Source: Eledone cirrhosa
Taxonomy: Eukaryota
Direction: 5' to 3'
Assembly: GCA_964016885.1 (NCBI GenBank)
Contig: OZ024740.1
Span: 92,008,001-92,072,000 of the forward strand
DNA length: 64,000 bases
Shown: piece after piece, positions 39,183 to 52,390 of the stretch
How positions within the stretch are numbered: the stretch's first letter is position 1
Layout of the letters: each line of letters begins with the position of its first letter
The notes under the pieces: model-generated
What the model was told of the DNA's origin: nothing
The model's input: only the letters and a program-made list of their open reading frames with translations
Database searches by the model: none
Made by a program: the position numbers and the translations under genes

Positions 39183-39576
39183 AGTATGTATGTATACGTA
39201 CATACCATCAGAGTTGCAGGTGTTATATCAGAGTTTTCCTTCTCCTACAATTCTGCCTTGACAAATGATGTTGACTTGTTCTACCTTTTGGTAAATATCA
39301 TCTTCGTTAAGAGAGTGGGATTGGCTTTGTGCAGTGCCTTTGTTAACTATAAAAGCTTCAGGGCACAGGCATTGATTTATATCTGGAGATCTATCTGCAC
39401 TTGTCGTCACAGGTAGTATTATGTGTCAATAATTGTCACAAGTGTAGTGTTTGTACCAGAGTTTTCAAGTCGCTGGCTGGACTAAAACGTCACACTCGTT
39501 CAGCGCATCGGTAGGTGTTCTCCTACATGAATATAAAGTAGTGGCCATACACGAAAACGAGATGGCAGCCACCATA

Positions 39577-40785
39577 CGTACATACATATATGTATACAGA
39601 CGTACATCAGTATGTCTATATATACATACATGCACACATATATACAGCACGTATCGGTTTACAGAACATGCATTATAATGCTCGCTTTGTTTGCAAACAA
39701 ACAAACAGCCTGAATTACGCCGTACAGTGTTTAGGCAACCACGTCACCTATTTGTTCAACACTGACACAGGAACCATGTACTAGTTTCTAGCTTATTAGC
39801 TATCGTCAGCATCGTATACCTTCCTGCCAGATGGTTGAACGTCTTAAAGTATATATTTTCCTTATGCATATTAACGGCTGGGCAGCCTAATTTGCATATC
39901 GAGTGACTTTAGTCGGCCGACCGCACCGAAATCGATAAATGGAATAGAATGAAACGAAATTTCATTTCTCACTCTTAGTACGGCAGTTACTTAAATCTAA
40001 GTATGTATATGTATATACATACATATATGTATACAGACGTACAGTGGTATGTATATATATATATATATACACATGCACACATATATATATGCACGTATAT
40101 ATGTGTGCACGTATGTCCATATATACAAACTACTGTACGTCTGTATACATATATACATACTTACATTTAAGTAACTGCCAATACGTTCATATATACATAT
40201 ATATGTGCATGTATGTATATATATACATACTACTGTACGTTTGTATACATATATGTGTGTGCGTATACATACATACATATATACATTTAAGTAACTGCCG
40301 TACGTAAGAGTGAGAAATGAAATATCGTTCCATTCTATACCATTTATCGTTTTCGGTGAGCCCGGCCGACTAAACTCACTTGATATGCAAATTAGGCTGC
40401 TCAGCCATTAATATGCATAGGGAAAGTATATACTTTCAGACGTTCAACACTACGGCAGGAAGGTATACGATGCTAAACGGTAGCTAATAAGCTTGAAACT
40501 ACTACATCGTTGCTGTGTCAGTGTTGAACAAATAGGTGACGTGTTGCCTAAACATTGTACGGCGTCATTCGGGCTATTTGTTTGTTTACAAACAAACCGA
40601 GCAATATAATAAATGTTCGGTAAACCGATACGTGGTATATATATATATGTGTGCATGTATGTATATATATACATACTACTGTACGTCTGTATACATATAT
40701 GTATGTACGTATACATACATACTTACATTTAAGTAAGTGCCGTACTAAGAGTGAGAAATGAAATTTCGTTTCATTCTATTCCATT
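39577..40785. repeat. ~441-bp microsatellite-containing unit, in inverted and partial tandem copies
   Basis: 39577-40050 is the reverse complement of about 40250-40710. agagtgagaaatgaaat recurs near 40307 and 40748, and a fragment lies at 20622-20660. Confidence 0.85.
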
Positions 40786-40820
40786 TATATATATATATAT
40801 AATATATATTTATATATATC

Positions 40821-40938
<118 letters not shown>

Positions 40939-41580
40939 AACAAGTAAGACCCCGACGGCCGAGACGGCTAATTCTGGACTGAATGAAAATTTATTCTGGT
41001 ATTTAAATAGCCGAGCTTATCAAGGGGTAATTCCATATATGGTCAAAGAGATAATCACCAGGATTGGTCACATCACAAGTTAGTAGTAAATATGTGATGG
41101 CAAATTGGTGGGGGAAAGGGGTAGCTAAACCTGCCGGTAGGAGAAAAATGGGAGAGGGGATGGAGTAGACCCATTAATGCTTTAGTAGTCTCTAAGGCTA
41201 AATCAGATATGGGATACACGGATGGACAATCAGTACTTCATATAAAAAATAATAATAATAAAGAGAGTCATACCTTATATCTGGAAATCATATTAGGCTA
41301 CCAAGAGTATATATTCAATACATAAACAGAGAAAGCCTTAAGCTATACTCCGACTAACTCCATCTCACTTATCAAACATTAGGATAAAACTAAGTATTAT
41401 ACCAATTCAGTGTTTGGAGTGCTAACTAATCAGTATTTCGTGGATAGCTGGCTGTATTATTTTATATGAGACATTATTAAATAAATACCTCTTTCCTTCC
41501 AGGCAGCCGTTTCTTCATAAGATTCTACAATTTGGGATAAATAATTTCCAGCTCATGTAGAAAGCTGTATATAATCCATA

Positions 41581-41728
<148 letters not shown>

Positions 41729-41986
41729 TCTGACCAGCAATGCTTTTTGTGAAAATCAGTCATATGGAACTATTGTCATCTTGCCTGAGGGTTTGAACTT
41801 TGAACTTTACAACACCATCTGCCTCTTTGAGGTCAAATACCAATCCTACTACCATCTACAAACTGACAAATGAGAATCAAGACTAATCCTGACAACATTA
41901 AATTATTCCTAACAAGCTCATATGTCCCAACGCTCTGATACCATCAACACTATAAACACAGAGCTTGCATATCTAAGAACTGACTA

Positions 41987-42042
41987 ACTGCCTGATGAGG
42001 TCATAGCCATTCAATGGCTATCATCGAAATATATATAGCAGT
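41987..42042 (+). ncRNA. Minimal type I hammerhead (10344 family)
   Basis: ACTGC CTGATGA GGTC ATAGCCAT TCA ATGGCTAT CATC GAAA TATATA TA GCAGT; stem II covaries relative to 10344 (ACAGCC/GGCTGT vs ATAGCC/GGCTAT). Confidence 0.88.
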
Positions 42043-42087
42043 AAATGAAGGATTATGAGTTCATGCAATCGACTTATGCTTCGTCAC

Positions 42088-42124
<37 letters not shown>

Positions 42125-43713
42125 TTATTTATTTATTAAAATAACAGATTACAGTTTAAGCAAAGAATCGCTGCTTTCACCCATCAAACTAAAAGAATCA
42201 ATATGGCAACGTAGAAGTAAATATTCCCAAAACGTTGCAACCCGAAGAAGACAGGAAGACGATACTTTGGTTCGTGGAAACGTTCTCTGGCAAGGAACGA
42301 AAAAAAAACTAAGATAATTCTGCCTTTCATCCCTATGGGGTCGATAAAATAGTGTACCAGTAATGCTCTGGGTAATTGCTGGCCTTGTGCCAAAGTAGAA
42401 ACAATTATTTGGAGCGGTGACAAAACCACGTTTATGGTATAAATGAAGTCGTAGACTAATATTATATTTGGTGGTTCGTGGAGACGTTCTCTGGCAATGA
42501 ACGGAAAAAACGAAGATATTACGTCTTTATATGGAACGGTGAGAACAAATACACGCAAAGACAAAGCCACGTTAATGTAATAACTGAAGTCGTAGACGAA
42601 AATTCTATTTAGGTAACATAATGATTCTCGGCTTCAGAGTTAAGAATAATGTAAATAAACTACAGAGGTAATTGAAATCAACAAAAATTAAATATATACA
42701 TCCACGCATCCATATACATACATAGACATGCATACGCAAAAACACCCGCCATGATTATGCAAATATAAGTTCGTGGACAAAAACACGCACATACCTTCAG
42801 ATCCCATCACAGCTTCAGATTTAGCTTAATTACCTTGCCGTTGGAACACGTGCAACGCTGTAGCTAGTACTAACTGTAATTGTAGGAATCGGGTTGCTGC
42901 CCCCTATCTGGGAAATGACTCTCTAGTAACATTGTCTACAAATGTAAGGTTGAAACACCCACGTCTCGTAGGGCCTACATATGGTTAACCGCCAATAGAT
43001 TCAAGCAGCGTCTTTACATGCATACCCATTCTTTTCTTAACCCTATAAGAAGGTATATGACGTCACTTTCAGCTCATATCTGGAGTCTAACGGACAACCA
43101 CACCAAATATAAGTTACACTGGGAGATCCTAGCTAGGGCTAGATCGTATAACGGAAATAAAAGACCATGTGACCTCTGCGCCGCTGACCCCTGGAAATAC
43201 TCTACGCCAAAGACCACATAGTAAACAAAAAATCTGAGGCAATTTCGGCTTGTAAACATAAATTCCACAAACAATTCCTGTATTACAGGCCCGCATTATG
43301 CCCTAACGGATAGTACGATCAATACGCGGATAATTTACGTCTTGATATCGTAGCTAAGTATATGTTATGTTTATACCATTACTTATTTGTATAGGTAAGT
43401 ATATATTACCAGTATGTTTTGTGAAGGCACATATACTTTCTCGAACGTATATTTGCTTGTATATGTTATAGGCCTATATATGATATTATATATACTGGTA
43501 CATGTGCATATGGTTATGTGTATACGTGAGTGTCTGTGTGATTATGCGCGTTCGCAGGTATGTAGGGTGTCTGTATATGTGTAGTTTGGGTTTTGGTTGA
43601 CGTTCGTTTAGCGAACATATGCGTATGTACATGTAAGTATGTGTGTGCGTGCGTTATATACGTATTTATGTGTGTATATTTATATATGTCTATATAAGTA
43701 TATATACACGCAT

Positions 43714-43782
<69 letters not shown>

Positions 43783-44325
43783 ATATATATGTGTATGTGT
43801 CTTTGGTGTATACGTTTCCTATGTGTGCGGGAATAGGCGTTGCGTGGGTTATGTATGTAGGTGCGTGTTTGTGTGTACGGGCTTGTAGTTGCATACCCAA
43901 AGCGGGTGTTTTCGCGTATGCATGTGTATGTATGTATATGGATGCGTGCACGTATATATTTAATTTTTGTTGATTTCAATTTCCTCTTTAATTTATTTAC
44001 ATTATTCTTAACTCTGAGAATCATTCGGTTTCCTAAATAGAATGTTAGTCTACGACTTCATTTATACCATAAACGTGGTTTTGTCTTTGCGTGTAATTGT
44101 TTTCACCGCTACACATAATGACGTATTATCTTCGTGTTTTCCTTTCTTTGCCAGGGAACGTTTCCACTAACCAAAGTATCGTCTTCCTGTCTTCTTCGGT
44201 TGCAACGTTTTTCGAAATACTTACTTCTGCGTTTACAGATTGATTTTTTTAGTTTCAGAAGATCCCGTTAAGGGTGAAAGTAGCGATTCTTTGCTTACAC
44301 TTTAATCTGTTATTTTAATAAATAT
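42125..44325 (+). mobile_element. 5'-truncated PLE (GIY-YIG 42870-43313, 3' UTR, pLTR) with an inverted upstream pLTR
   Basis: CNCRNR..CPLSGK*LSSNIVYKC...RFKQRLYMHTHSF...TSLSAHIWSL...WEIL...CDLC...CKH. About 42125-42750 is inverted relative to 43890-44322, and a SINE fragment sits at 42318-42405. Confidence 0.87.
44252..44300 (+). ncRNA. Degenerate hammerhead in pLTR
   Basis: GTTT CAGAAGA T CCC GTTAA GGG T GAAA GTAGCGATTCTTTGC TT ACAC; the inverted copy keeps AAAC for stem I. Confidence 0.55.
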
Positions 44326-44392
44326 TTGCTCTACGCTTCTCATGTATTTGATATATATTTAACCCCATCGAGGCTTATTTGGATTTTAGTAT

Positions 44393-44432
<40 letters not shown>

Positions 44433-44435
<3 letters not shown>

Positions 44436-44912
44436 CCTATAGCTACCACCCAGACTTCTGCACTGCATTATAACCAGCAGACTAACACACAGGATAATTG
44501 TAACTGTAGAGCTAATAGAACCTGCCCTTTAGATAAAAAATGCCTAACCAAGGATATCATATACTCAACTAGCAACTCTTCAGAGACCTATGTAGGTTCC
44601 ACTTCTAACTGCTTCAAAATCAGATATAATTCGCACATCCACTCGTTCAAAAAGCACAGCCTAGCCAACTCCACCTCACTTTCTAGCTACATACACTATC
44701 TAAAAACTAAAAATAAACCATACACACTAAAATGGGAAGTGATAGGCAGCGCGACCTCGTACAAACCACCTAATAAATGTTGTAACCTCTGTATACTAGA
44801 GACCCACAATATTATCTTCTCCAACCGTAACCTACTTAACAAAAAATCTGAGGTGTTTGCAACTTGCCAGCACCGCTTCAGACATTCCTTCCAAAACTTT
44901 AAGCCAATATAG
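44433..44912 (+). pseudogene. PLE GIY-YIG endonuclease fragment inserted in (TA)n
   Basis: CNCRANRTCPLDKKCLTKDIIY...YVGSTSNCFKIRYNSHIHSF...TSLSSYIH...WEVI...CNLCILE...LLNKKSE...CQH. Confidence 0.9.
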
Positions 44913-46366
44913 AGCAATGTCGGACTTGAACCAAACACCACATCTAGCATCAAACACCAGGGGCACACCTTATACCACATACCCAACACTAACTGATCTA
45001 ATATAACACAAACAACGACATCCCTCTGGAACCCTTCGGAAGGGAGAATACCCATTTATACCTCTACGTCAAGTGTGACAACATCCACCCACTTGAACTG
45101 CACTACACCGCTCTATAGGTAATTTGAGCATGAATTGATTGGTTTGGTAGTGTTGTGCGGAGGAAGTGCCTTCCTTAGACAGATGAAAAACGATTTAATC
45201 TAGTAACGCTGTTGAGCAGTAGGACCAGGACGCTGAGCGCAGAGAATGAATGTATTGCAACTGGCGTGCGGGTTGTACATATATGGATGATTTGGCGGTC
45301 TGAGAGGGGTCATGAGGACTGCGGATTGACCTCTGGCCGGACCTGGTGATGATTATCTTTCGACATCCAATGTAGCAAGCGATGACCCAGAACTTACCAG
45401 AGATCATTGTGTCTTGAAGTGATTCTGCAATCACCGCGCCTGTTCCTATGAGTAGACTACAACCACAGAGATCATAATTTAGAATCCTCGCTCATCGTCT
45501 ATAATATTCATTTGTGGCACCCTACGATGGGGGTTAATTCACCATAATAATACGAACACCTTCAGCACAACTTAATTAAACTACTCTATAGTTAAAACAC
45601 TTTATGCTTTAGAAATTTTTTGGAAGATGCGCATAACCATAGAAATTAGGGTCTATATTGAGACACATTTCAATAGCTAGGTATAGAAACCCCGGAGTTA
45701 CCTCCCCTCATGCATTAACTCCCCTTAGCCACACACACACTTCCGGGTGGTATTCAATGTCGTTCCTCGAAACGTAACAGCCTCCTGTATTGAACTAAAG
45801 AACATCAGACTACGATTCTCTAAGTGGATTGTCAAACGCTCAATATCGAATTGTCGTGGATTATGTGAGGGGCATATAATCGAAAAATACACTCCCCTAA
45901 CCATTTAAAATGTCAAAGTACATGAAGTACTTGTCATCCCAACGCTGTGCATCTCCAATACTTTTAATATTTTTAATGCTTGCACTATTTTTAATGCTTA
46001 TATCATTTCTCCACACACAGACTATATCAATCATATAAAGAATTTGCCACCAGATCAACCAACCTAACACTCTTGTTTACCTACCTAAGTGCCTCTACTA
46101 CACGTATCTCTCTGCCACACTATATAAACAAGACGCACGTGCTTGCCACACATATAACATTTGCACTATATAACCGCTTATCTTCATGTTGTATTTTAAC
46201 CTGTATTTTTGATTTTTTTATTGTACCTTTTAATATGAATGTAATCTCGAAGTGGGTACTGCCACTCTAAATTATGTAATGAATGTTGACCCACAATATT
46301 TGCATATGTATCGGTATGTCTCTTGGCTGAAAAGGAGGTCATATTTCTGTCCATTCATTAATAAAT

Positions 46367-46413
46367 TGCTCCGAAGAATCCAAACCTCGGTTTGGAGGAA
46401 ACGGCTGTAAGCA
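46367..46413 (+). ncRNA. Minimal hammerhead, U4C core variant
   Basis: TGCT CCGAAGA A TCCAAACC TC GGTTTGGA G GAAA CGGCTG TA AGCA. Confidence 0.75.
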
Positions 46414-46444
46414 CAATAATGTTTTGAACAGTTCTTTGATTCTT

Positions 46445-46473
<29 letters not shown>

Positions 46474-46475
<2 letters not shown>

Positions 46476-47147
46476 TCATTAGTTAAGCAAAACAAGACCG
46501 CAAACTTCACAAGGAAGACATTATTAAAAGATTGTCAACATATTTTAGTTTGATGTAAGGAATGTAGAGAAAAATGATAATAATATTAATAATAATAATG
46601 TCCGTTTAAATTTCTTTCGCTACTCCATATAATATTTCTGGATCAGATGACTATATATCATAATTGATCTGGTTCAGTTGAAAATAATTAACATGTTTAA
46701 AAAAAACAGAGTGGCTCTTCAAAGTAATATAAATTAAAATAATTGGATAATGTTACATAATATAATGTTCCATATATTGGTTTATACTATGGTGTCTTGG
46801 TTGCATAAGCTGTCAGCCATAATCAAGCAGTATTCATCTGTCGAGGCTCCATTGTGTGAGATCTGCCTATGGGTAACAAGATGGCTCGCCTTTGAAGTTC
46901 CGATGAGCCACTCTGTTTTTTAAATATGTTAATTATTTTCAACTAAACCAGATCAATTATGATATATAGTCATCTGATCCAGAAATATTATATGGAGTAG
47001 CGAAACAATTGTAAACGGACATTATTATTATTAATATTATTATTATTATTCTCTACATTCCTTACATGAAACTAAAATATGTTGACAATCTTTTAATAAT
47101 GTCTTCCTTGTGAAGTTTGTGGTCTTGTTTTGCTTAACTAATGAATA
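46474..47147. repeat. ~243-bp inverted repeat pair (pLTR-like) around a ~190-bp spacer
   Basis: 46474-46716 is the reverse complement of 46905-47147. Confidence 0.9.
46897..47016 (+). ncRNA. Hammerhead with U4C core and large stem II insertion
   Basis: GTT CCGATGA GCCACTCTGT...ATGGAGTAGC GAAA CAATTG TA AAC. Confidence 0.7.
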
Positions 47148-47323
47148 TTTCCAACTCTGCGCACCTAACTTCAGCATGAACCCAGCCACCTAGCTGCTGT
47201 CTACTGCATATTGCACATTGAGCACATGCCTTTACGCTTCGGCTTCTAACTAACTCAGCAATCTCTCCTCTCATATCTCCTCTACTATCTCCATCTCTCT
47301 CTTTAAGATTGGTTACTCTTGAA

Positions 47324-47406
<83 letters not shown>

Positions 47407-48454
47407 TTATTTTCAACATAATATTTGCTATCGCTTGGAGTTGAATTCAAAATGGAATCGCAACACCAGTCATGAGGCTCAATGATCCAGGGGGCCGAAT
47501 CTCAGGGACATACCGATGCGCAAGTTGTCGTTGTCCCGCTGAGTATCAGTCGAAAATGATTGCACTGCTAGATTGGGATTACCAGATAGCGCTCATAGAG
47601 CCATTGCACCACCTATTCTGTCTGTGAAATTGCAATGGATGGGGTCCCATTTGTTTTTTGTATTTTTTGGGGGGTGGGGATTGTCTACGCAATTATGTCT
47701 GCTCCTCAATATTTCTAGCTGACATCGCCTGGAACCTAGGGTAGAGCGAATGATAGTGGGTGTATTAGTAAACCAAAATCAGTTGATATAATGTTGTAGC
47801 TTTACTTTTAAGACATACGCTTTATTACTACGTCCATATTCGTTTAGATATATTAGCCAACGTGGCGTGAGCTAATTTGTTTAAGAATATATTTCTATCT
47901 GTTTGTGCCCGAGATATAAATACGTAAATAAAGTTATTTTTCATTTCTTTACAGATATAACAAAAAAAAAATTATTTTTTATCACGTATTTCCAATCGAT
48001 GTTTTTTGTTGAAACCATTTTACATGTATCTATATACATATTTTTTTCCTAAATTTCCAGCACATATTTATGCGCCTGTAACTGATTTCGAGTGTTTTGT
48101 ATTAGACAGAATGAAACAAAACAAATATTAGTAAGCCACAACATGGAAATAAATATATTTTCTTATGAATGCATTTTGTTTCATTAATATAGGGAGATAT
48201 GTACGCGTATGTTCTTTCCCACAGTAACCCATGAAAATATATTTCTAAACTTGTAGACAGAAACGGACGGATTCAAATAAACACATATATATGGTTCGTA
48301 TATATTTTTGTTTTTTGTGCAAGTATGAAGTTATGTTTATGCACATTTGTACATATACAAACATTCTATAACTTAATAATTTATTGGTAAAAAGAATATA
48401 TACAATAACATCAGAGAAATGATAAATGAGAAGACCACATTTATCGCCTTCCGA

Positions 48455-48521
<67 letters not shown>

Positions 48522-50534
48522 GGTTTCAAATTCCGTGCAAAGCAAACTGGCATGTAATTATTCGTGATGTTTCACACGTTGACTTGGTTTTCACACACGC
48601 ATTCACCTTTGCCAACAACAAAATCCATTGACAAATGTTTGTATACACAAATATATGGTTAAATAAACTTCAGCACAAAACGTTAACACACTAAGTACAG
48701 AGACCCTAGATATACAAAAAACGTTTATTGTTAAATCACAAGACTCAATTCAGTGGGAAGCTACTATAGTAGATAGATGTTCTTTCTATTTCATCAGAAT
48801 ATTTCATGTTGTAATAGAATTTGTGTGATTCAGCTAAATCACATTAATTACTGATATTCACAAATGCACTGAGTTGGGCTCATTTCCTGCGTTGTTTGCA
48901 TCAATATCATCATAGATTTCATCAAGCAGAGCAAAGCAAGTCACTTCGTAAATGAGTAATTTTGTGGTTCGAAGAGTGGGTGGACTACTAAGACAAAATT
49001 AGATGTAACTCTGTTACGAATAAAACGCAAGTTAAGTAAAATATATGTCATTTCTTTTATTTATACTCTGAATTTCCCACTTTACTCTTAGTGAAGGAGC
49101 AATTCCTCCGCATTATATCATGAATAATTAAAATTACGTAGGTAACATCACAATTACCACTGTCCTTATTTGACATATATCATTCACGATTGGCCATTTC
49201 GTTTCATTTCAGTAATGTGTTGTGAGTAAAGGGAATTCACATCATCTAATCCAGCGTTTTATTAAATACGCACTTTAGAAATTAAGAGATTTCTACAATT
49301 TATACTAATCACGGAAATAATGCTGAAGGAAATTCAACCTGATTCTTGTGTCGATCCTAATACACATACATCAAAAACATATGACATCAGGTGTGTGTAA
49401 TTTGTTTAACTTGTATACAAACATAACGGAATGTGTTCAAATACATTTGTATATTTCATTTAGCTTCAATTATAAACGTTATAAATCTTCAGACTCGCGT
49501 ACTAGATGACCAACAGATATGTAACATAACAATTGGTAAATTATCAGAGAGGACATACAAAAGCGCTTTGTATATAACGCACAGACAGTAAATTATTGTT
49601 ACATAAATCTGAATAATTACAAAGAAAAATACTGCACTAAATTGAATAACATATACATAAGCTGCAATTACAAAACTACAACCGCAGTATTTCAGTAATA
49701 GCAATGATCTTTGATATCAGAAATCTAATGTATTCAAGCTCTTTTGATTCAAAAGACACGGTCACTCATATAAAGAAAACTTCAAATTCTTCGAAATCAA
49801 CTGAAATCAAAGATGATCTTCAGACACCATTAGAGTTTTGAAAATCAGTATTAGATAGGTTATGGATAATTTAATAAAGAATGAAAATATTTAATAAATT
49901 ATCGAGTTTAGTATACTTTTTTAAATAAAATTAACATACACACACACATGCCAACACACTCACACGCAAAATGACAGCAGAACGAACCATTCACAGTAAT
50001 ATATAAAGACAGGTAAACTGGAAAAGAAGGAAATGAATACAGACATTAAGTGCCACATCCCACTTGCAAATTCTCAGCCGACTTCATTATGTACGTTTTT
50101 ATGGAATAATGTTTGTTTTATGAATGTATATATGTAAACTAAAATGTCTATGTCTATGATTTCGTATATATACATATTTGTATCCAATCAAATATCAGGG
50201 ATATAGCGGTTGATCTCTGAAACAGTTACTTCACGTACATGTTTTCATATTGCTTCTCTTTTAAGATTTTGTGTGAACGTATGAACATTATCGACGGACA
50301 ATTCAATGTTTCCACTGCCATAATAACAACATAAACACGAATAATGAAATTAGAAGGTAGTCAACGAATTGGAATAAAGTTCAACAAGTGATTATTATTA
50401 ATACCTGACTGGATTACACTTCATTGTTGCCCAATTGTCCGCAATATGAAATGATTGTATCTATGTTTATTCATAATTTGCATAAATGAACAGGTCAAAT
50501 ATATAGTGTGTTATTTGCTAATATTAATTACAAC

Positions 50535-50995
50535 GGTCTGAGTTAAAATCCCGCCGAGGTTTACTTTGCCTTTCATCCTTACTGGGTCGATAAAATAAAG
50601 TACCAGTAATGCACTGGGTAATTGCTGGCCTTGTGCCTAAAGTAGAAACAATTAATTACAAAATGGCGGTGGATTGGCACTATCGGTAGAGTGTCGGACG
50701 CCATGCTTTCCAGCATAGTTACGTCCCTTTACGATCTGAGTTCAAATCCCGCCGAGGTTGACTTTGCCTTTCATCCTTACAGGGTATTTAAAATAAAGTA
50801 CCAGTAATGCACTTGATAATTGCTGGCCGTGTGCCTAAAGTAGAGACAATTAGTTACAAAATAGTCGAACATTTTAACCGAAATTATTATTCGAAAGAAT
50901 ATAAAATAATCGTTTCTACTTTTTGGCACAAGACCAGCAATTACCCAGTGCATTATTTGTACTTTATATTATCGACCCCGTAATAATGAAAGGCT
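50535..50995 (+). mobile_element. Cluster of three tRNA-derived SINE copies (full-length at 50665-50853; third copy inverted)
   Basis: Head GGCGGTGGATTGGCACTATCGGTAGAG (A-box-like), B box GAGTTCAAATCC, and ttacaaaat direct repeats flanking the full copy. Confidence 0.88.
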
Positions 50996-51206
50996 GCCAT
51001 TGAACAATGAGATAATCTAATTTAATAGAACGCGCAATAACATTAGCAGTGATATTACATAAGGTTTGAAGAACAAACAAAATATAACATTATTTTCTGG
51101 CACTTCTTGCGTTTACTATATGCACTGCAGGGGTAAATATATCTATATATATATATATATATATATTGAATTCACAAGAATCAAAGTTATGTTTAAAACA
51201 TTTATT

Positions 51207-51253
51207 CGCTAACAATTGTTTCTTCCAAACCTAGGCTTGGAGTCTTCGGAGCA
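51207..51253 (-). ncRNA. Minimal hammerhead, U4C core variant
   Basis: Minus strand: TGCT CCGAAGA C TCCAAGCC TA GGTTTGGA A GAAA CAATTG TT AGCG. Confidence 0.75.
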
Positions 51254-51453
51254 TTTTTTATGTTTGTACATATAATTGGCCTCCTATTAAACCGAAGAAA
51301 CATACAGATACATATATAAGTATTGATGTTGTGAACACCAGTTTCATGTTAACAGTGTGGAATTGATGCGACATATATTATATTATACTATATGTGTACA
51401 ATAATTCAAATTCAGATTAAAATCAAAATTAAATTTAAAAACAAAGATTAAAA

Positions 51454-51549
<96 letters not shown>

Positions 51550-51662
51550 CATACATGAATGTATATATAGTCTGTTTTGCAATACACTGTATGCTTAATT
51601 AAAAGCATTTCGAAGACCTTGTGCTATTGTTTTAGAGTAGTGACAGACTCACTTACTTTAAT

Positions 51663-51754
51663 TTTCAGCAAACAGGGGCAGATAAAGCTTACAAGGCCTT
51701 GTTTCGCATTTATTGATGCTTATCAAAGCCAACTACTCCTCCTGTTTGCTGAAA
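51663..51754 (-). ncRNA. Extended type I hammerhead, U3-A8 core
   Basis: Minus strand: TTTCAGCAAACAGGAGGAG TAGTT GGCT TTGATAA GCAT CAATAA ATGC GAAA CAAGGCCTTG TA AGCT TTAT CTGCCCCTGTTTGCTGAAA. Confidence 0.85.
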
Positions 51755-51972
51755 TCATGGATGTTTGGTTCTTATAGAATTCTAGTAAATAATCAGGAAC
51801 TGATTATACAGAGTATACACTGTATTGCAAAATTCACTATATATACATTCATATATATATAGCTATTTCAGAGCACCAATTCTAATTTTTAATTCATGCT
51901 TGACCGGCAACCGCTCTGTATAATTAGTTCTTGATTATTTACTAGAATTCTATAAGAACCAAACATCCATGA

Positions 51973-52064
51973 TTTCAGCAAACAGGAGCAGTAGTTGGGT
52001 TTGATAAGCATCAATAAATGCGAAACAAGGCCTTGTCAGATTTATCTCCTCCTGTTTACTGAAA
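51973..52064 (+). ncRNA. Extended type I hammerhead, U3-A8 core
   Basis: GGGT TTGATAA (52001-52007) GCAT CAATAA ATGC GAAA CAAGGCCTTG TC AGAT; distal stem I TTTCAGCAAACAGGAG / CTCCTGTTTACTGAAA. Confidence 0.82.
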
Positions 52065-52298
52065 ATTAAAGTAAGTGAGTCTGACACTACTCTAAAACAT
52101 TAGCATAAGGTCTTCGAAATGCTTTTAATTAAGTATACAGTGTATTGCAAAATACACTATATATACATTCATATATATATATATATAGCTATTTCAGAGC
52201 ACCAATTCTAATTTTCAATTTCTGCTTGACCGGCAACCGCTCTGTATAATCAGTTACTGATTATTTACTAGAATTCTATGAGAATCAAACATCCATGA

Positions 52299-52390
52299 TT
52301 TCCGCAAACAGGAGGAGCAGTTGGCTTTGATATGCATCAATAAATGCGAAACAAGGCCGTGTCAGCTTCATCTCCCCCTGTTTGCTGAAA
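52299..52390 (+). ncRNA. Extended type I hammerhead, U3-A8 core with extra A9U change
   Basis: GGCT TTGATAT (52327-52333) GCAT CAATAA ATGC GAAA CAAGGCCGTG TC AGCT. Confidence 0.75.

Noticed and set aside
45195-45434. Cys/Trp spacing reminiscent of a PHD finger
   Set aside because: Too many ligands are missing to support a call without a profile search.
48540-49850. Unique sequence with a hydrophobic minus-strand ORF (49489..49704), perhaps a membrane-protein exon
   Set aside because: No recognisable motif or splice structure; T-rich strands give hydrophobic peptides by chance.
50665-50750. tRNA-like A and B boxes
   Set aside because: It is the head of a multi-copy SINE with flanking direct repeats and does not fold into a cloverleaf; not a tRNA gene.
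52078-52160. GAAA-TGCTT/AAG(C/T)A-TA followed by the hairpin CAGTGTATT-GCAA-AATACACT, resembling half a hammerhead
   Set aside because: No CUGANGA or UUGANAA core in the required position on either side.
52180-52262. Possible antisense second hammerhead in the 326-nt unit (CTGATTA...AGAGC...GCTCT GAAA TAGCTA TA), which would make it viroid-like
   Set aside because: The core is CTGATTA with three extra bases before stem II, stem I is not convincing, and the other plus copy differs at the core. Worth rechecking only on a family consensus.
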